DNA from: Zygophlyctis sp. KS116
Taxonomy: Eukaryota; Fungi; Chytridiomycota
Assembly: GCA_054661495.1 (NCBI GenBank)
Contig: BAAFSQ010000386.1
Coordinates: 1 to 8,209 of the forward strand
Reading direction: 5' to 3'
DNA: 8,209 nucleotides
Position numbers and translations under genes: made by a program. This document shows, piece by piece, positions 6,809 to 8,209 of the stretch (its first letter is position 1; each line of letters opens with the position of its first letter). Under the pieces are notes generated by a model, which was not told the origin of the DNA, did not search any database, and saw nothing but the letters and a program-made list of their open reading frames with translations.

Positions 6809-7116
6809 TTAAATCTTAAATTGCACTTTTTTAACAGAATTGCTGATTTCATTACTAGATTTCGGCTTTGGCTTTGATCGCTTCTTTAATGAGTTTTTGA
6901 TCTGATCAATCTGAGATCTAAATTTTGATTTTTTTGCAATGATCGTCTTTACTTTTGACTCATGACGGGTCTTGTCCAGTTCGGCCTTTTTTTTATTCCT
7001 GGTAAGCTTATTAGAAATAAGTTCATCTTGTTTAGTGTTAATATCTTCAATCAGATCAAGCATGGATGACTATGCATTAGCAATAATAATAATACAGAAT
7101 CTATAAAACTCTTCAT
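6809..7116 (-). CDS. Small Lys-rich coiled-coil protein, 93 aa, resembling the conserved C-terminal half of the fungal 60S assembly factor Loc1
   Basis: ATG at 7116; exon 7116-7096 (MKSFIDS), 26-nt intron 7095-7070 (GTATTATTATTATTGCTAATGCATAG, GCTAA branch), exon 7069-6809 in frame with ORF 6809..7063. Product MKSFIDSSSMLDLIEDINTKQDELISNKL...KKVQFKI resembles the Loc1 pattern I recall (K-x-F-I-x-D...M/L-x-x-L-I-x-x-I-x-x-K-x-D-x-x-x-x-x-K-L, with a terminal KKVxF). The family call is from memory and was not searched. Confidence 0.65.
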
Positions 7117-7125
7117 ATTTAAATT

Positions 7126-8209
7126 TTAACTAAAATATAAATTTTCAATTCCAGGGATTCGATGTCCGGACTTGAGTTTAAAAGTTTCTATAGAATCAGA
7201 ATCATAATAAAATGAATCAGGAACTATTGGGACAGTTAGTAAATATTCTTCAACTGCTCGCCATCTAGGAATAGTATTGAACCAGGTATGACACTTTAGT
7301 TCAGTACATCCTTTCCATGATCCTATTCTCTTGTTTGGGCTTACTTTTAAACATCCATCAATAAGATCACAAATAGTACAAGATAATCCACTAGGGAATT
7401 TAATCGGTGTAGTATTTCCATGAATGATCATGTCATCATAAATAGAATCTTTAATATCACGAGGAAATGGAGTATCCCCAGTCAATAATTCAAATAGAAT
7501 ACATCCAAATGCCCAAATATCAGACATTTTTGATGCTGAATTTTGATGAATTAATTCTGGAGACATGTATCCTGGAGTTCCATTTAGGTTATTAATACCA
7601 TTCCAAAGTAATGGATTAACTAATTTTACATGTCCAGTCTCTGTAATAAGTACATTTTCAGGACTTAGATCTTTATAAACTATTCCTTTTTCATGTAAAT
7701 ATTCCAGTCCAAGCAAGATTTCAGACATGTAGAATCTAGCTGCTTTTTCATGCATTCTTCTACCATTTTGATTTAGAATAATTTGTAGATTTGAAGAATG
7801 ATAGTCTAGAACAAACACTATAGAATCTGACGATGGTAAAACGCATAAGAGACTAGAAACGAATATATAGTTAATCAAACGTGCATCATTCACAAGTTTA
7901 GATAATTGTTGAAATCTTGAGTCTCCTATAGTATTTTTAACATTGAGTAATTGGAATTTAAGAGTTCCTTCCTGATCTCCAATTTCATGCTGTTCTAAAA
8001 CTGCAAGATAATGTGCATGAGATTTACGAATAATTATAAAATCTTGTATAGAAAATGACACTGTATTTGAAGAGGCTTCATCTATAGATTTTCGATGATT
8101 AAGATCAACCGGAAGACTTAAATGCGATGATGATCCAGCCGGCGATCTAGAGAGTTTAGAAATAGAGACTGCTGATCCCAGCTTTACTTTTGATGAGGCA
8201 GGAGACAGA
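7126..8209 (-). CDS. AGC-group (PKA-like) Ser/Thr kinase-fold protein, 5'-truncated by the window edge; probable pseudokinase
   Basis: The frame is open from 8208 (LSPASSKVKLGSAVS...) through the listed GTG 'start' at 8061 to TAA at 7126. AGC motifs: ARFYMSEILLGLEYLHEKGIVYKDLSPENVLI, GHVKL, GTPGYMSPE, SDIWAFGCILFELLTGDTPF, DLIDGCLKVSPNKRIG, ELKCHTWF...W...VPIVP. Confidence 0.9.
   Translation of the reverse strand, partial: LSPASSKVKLGSAVSISKLSRSPAGSSSHLSLPVDLNHRKSIDEASSNTVSFSIQDFIIIRKSHAHYLAVLEQHEIGDQEGTLKFQLLNVKNTIGDSRFQQLSKLVNDARLINYIFVSSLLCVLPSSDSIVFVLDYHSSNLQIILNQNGRRMHEKAARFYMSEILLGLEYLHEKGIVYKDLSPENVLITETGHVKLVNPLLWNGINNLNGTPGYMSPELIHQNSASKMSDIWAFGCILFELLTGDTPFPRDIKDSIYDDMIIHGNTTPIKFPSGLSCTICDLIDGCLKVSPNKRIGSWKGCTELKCHTWFNTIPRWRAVEEYLLTVPIVPDSFYYDSDSIETFKLKSGHRIPGIENLYFS

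Noticed and set aside
4528-6819. Plus-strand ORFs 4528..4710, 5270..5554 and 6604..6819
   Set aside because: Short antisense shadows of the PPR gene with non-ATG starts and no motifs.
6770-6826. Splicing of the small Lys-rich gene onto the PPR ORF as one protein
   Set aside because: The candidate GTGCAA...AAAG intron leads straight into AAA TAA, and the PPR frame has a stop at 6800-6798.
7129-7146. C-terminal ENLYFS resembling a TEV protease site (vector contamination)
   Set aside because: Lacks the required Gln (ENLYFQ/S), has no tag or vector context, and sits where the AGC terminal hydrophobic motif is expected.
7572-7598. Intron-like 27-nt segment GTATTAATAACCTAAATGGAACTCCAG in the kinase-like gene
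   Set aside because: Removing it would delete the conserved GTP of the GTPxYxxPE motif and would not restore DFG; kept as coding unless RNA-seq shows otherwise.
1-8209. Ciliate origin or alternative genetic code suggested by the tiny introns
   Set aside because: TAA and TGA end genes at positions expected from homology, and no in-frame TAA/TAG is needed in any exon.
1-8209. Prokaryotic defence system, CRISPR array, mobile element, tRNA or rRNA
   Set aside because: No spaced direct repeats, transposase/integrase motifs, terminal repeats or RNA-gene signatures; nearly all sequence is accounted for by eukaryotic exons and introns.

Overview
This is AT-rich eukaryotic nuclear DNA, not prokaryotic. 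It comes from an extremely compact genome using the standard genetic code, with many 24-29 nt GT-AG introns that fragment the supplied ORF track. Manual splicing gives six tightly packed genes: (1) + 103..2520, ~743 aa, a low-complexity N-terminus followed by several degenerate NDK-like repeats lacking the catalytic His (possibly DNAAF8/Daap1-like); (2) - 4089..2542, IFT52, 8 exons, 437 aa; (3) + 4122..4499, pterin-4-alpha-carbinolamine dehydratase, 2 exons; (4) - 6770..4500, intronless 756-aa PPR protein; (5) - 7116..6809, a 93-aa Loc1-like basic protein, 2 exons; (6) - >8209..7126, a 5'-truncated AGC/PKA-like probable pseudokinase. Start/stop-to-start/stop spacers are only 21, 32, 0, 38 and 9 nt. 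IFT52, the fungal-type Loc1-like gene and the compaction suggest a flagellated early-diverging fungus or relative such as a Rozella-like lineage (inference only). I see no RNA genes, mobile elements or CRISPR arrays, and no clear novel multi-gene system. The notable features are the micro-introns, the necessarily overlapping transcripts, a structured 32-nt divergent spacer and two probable pseudo-enzymes.
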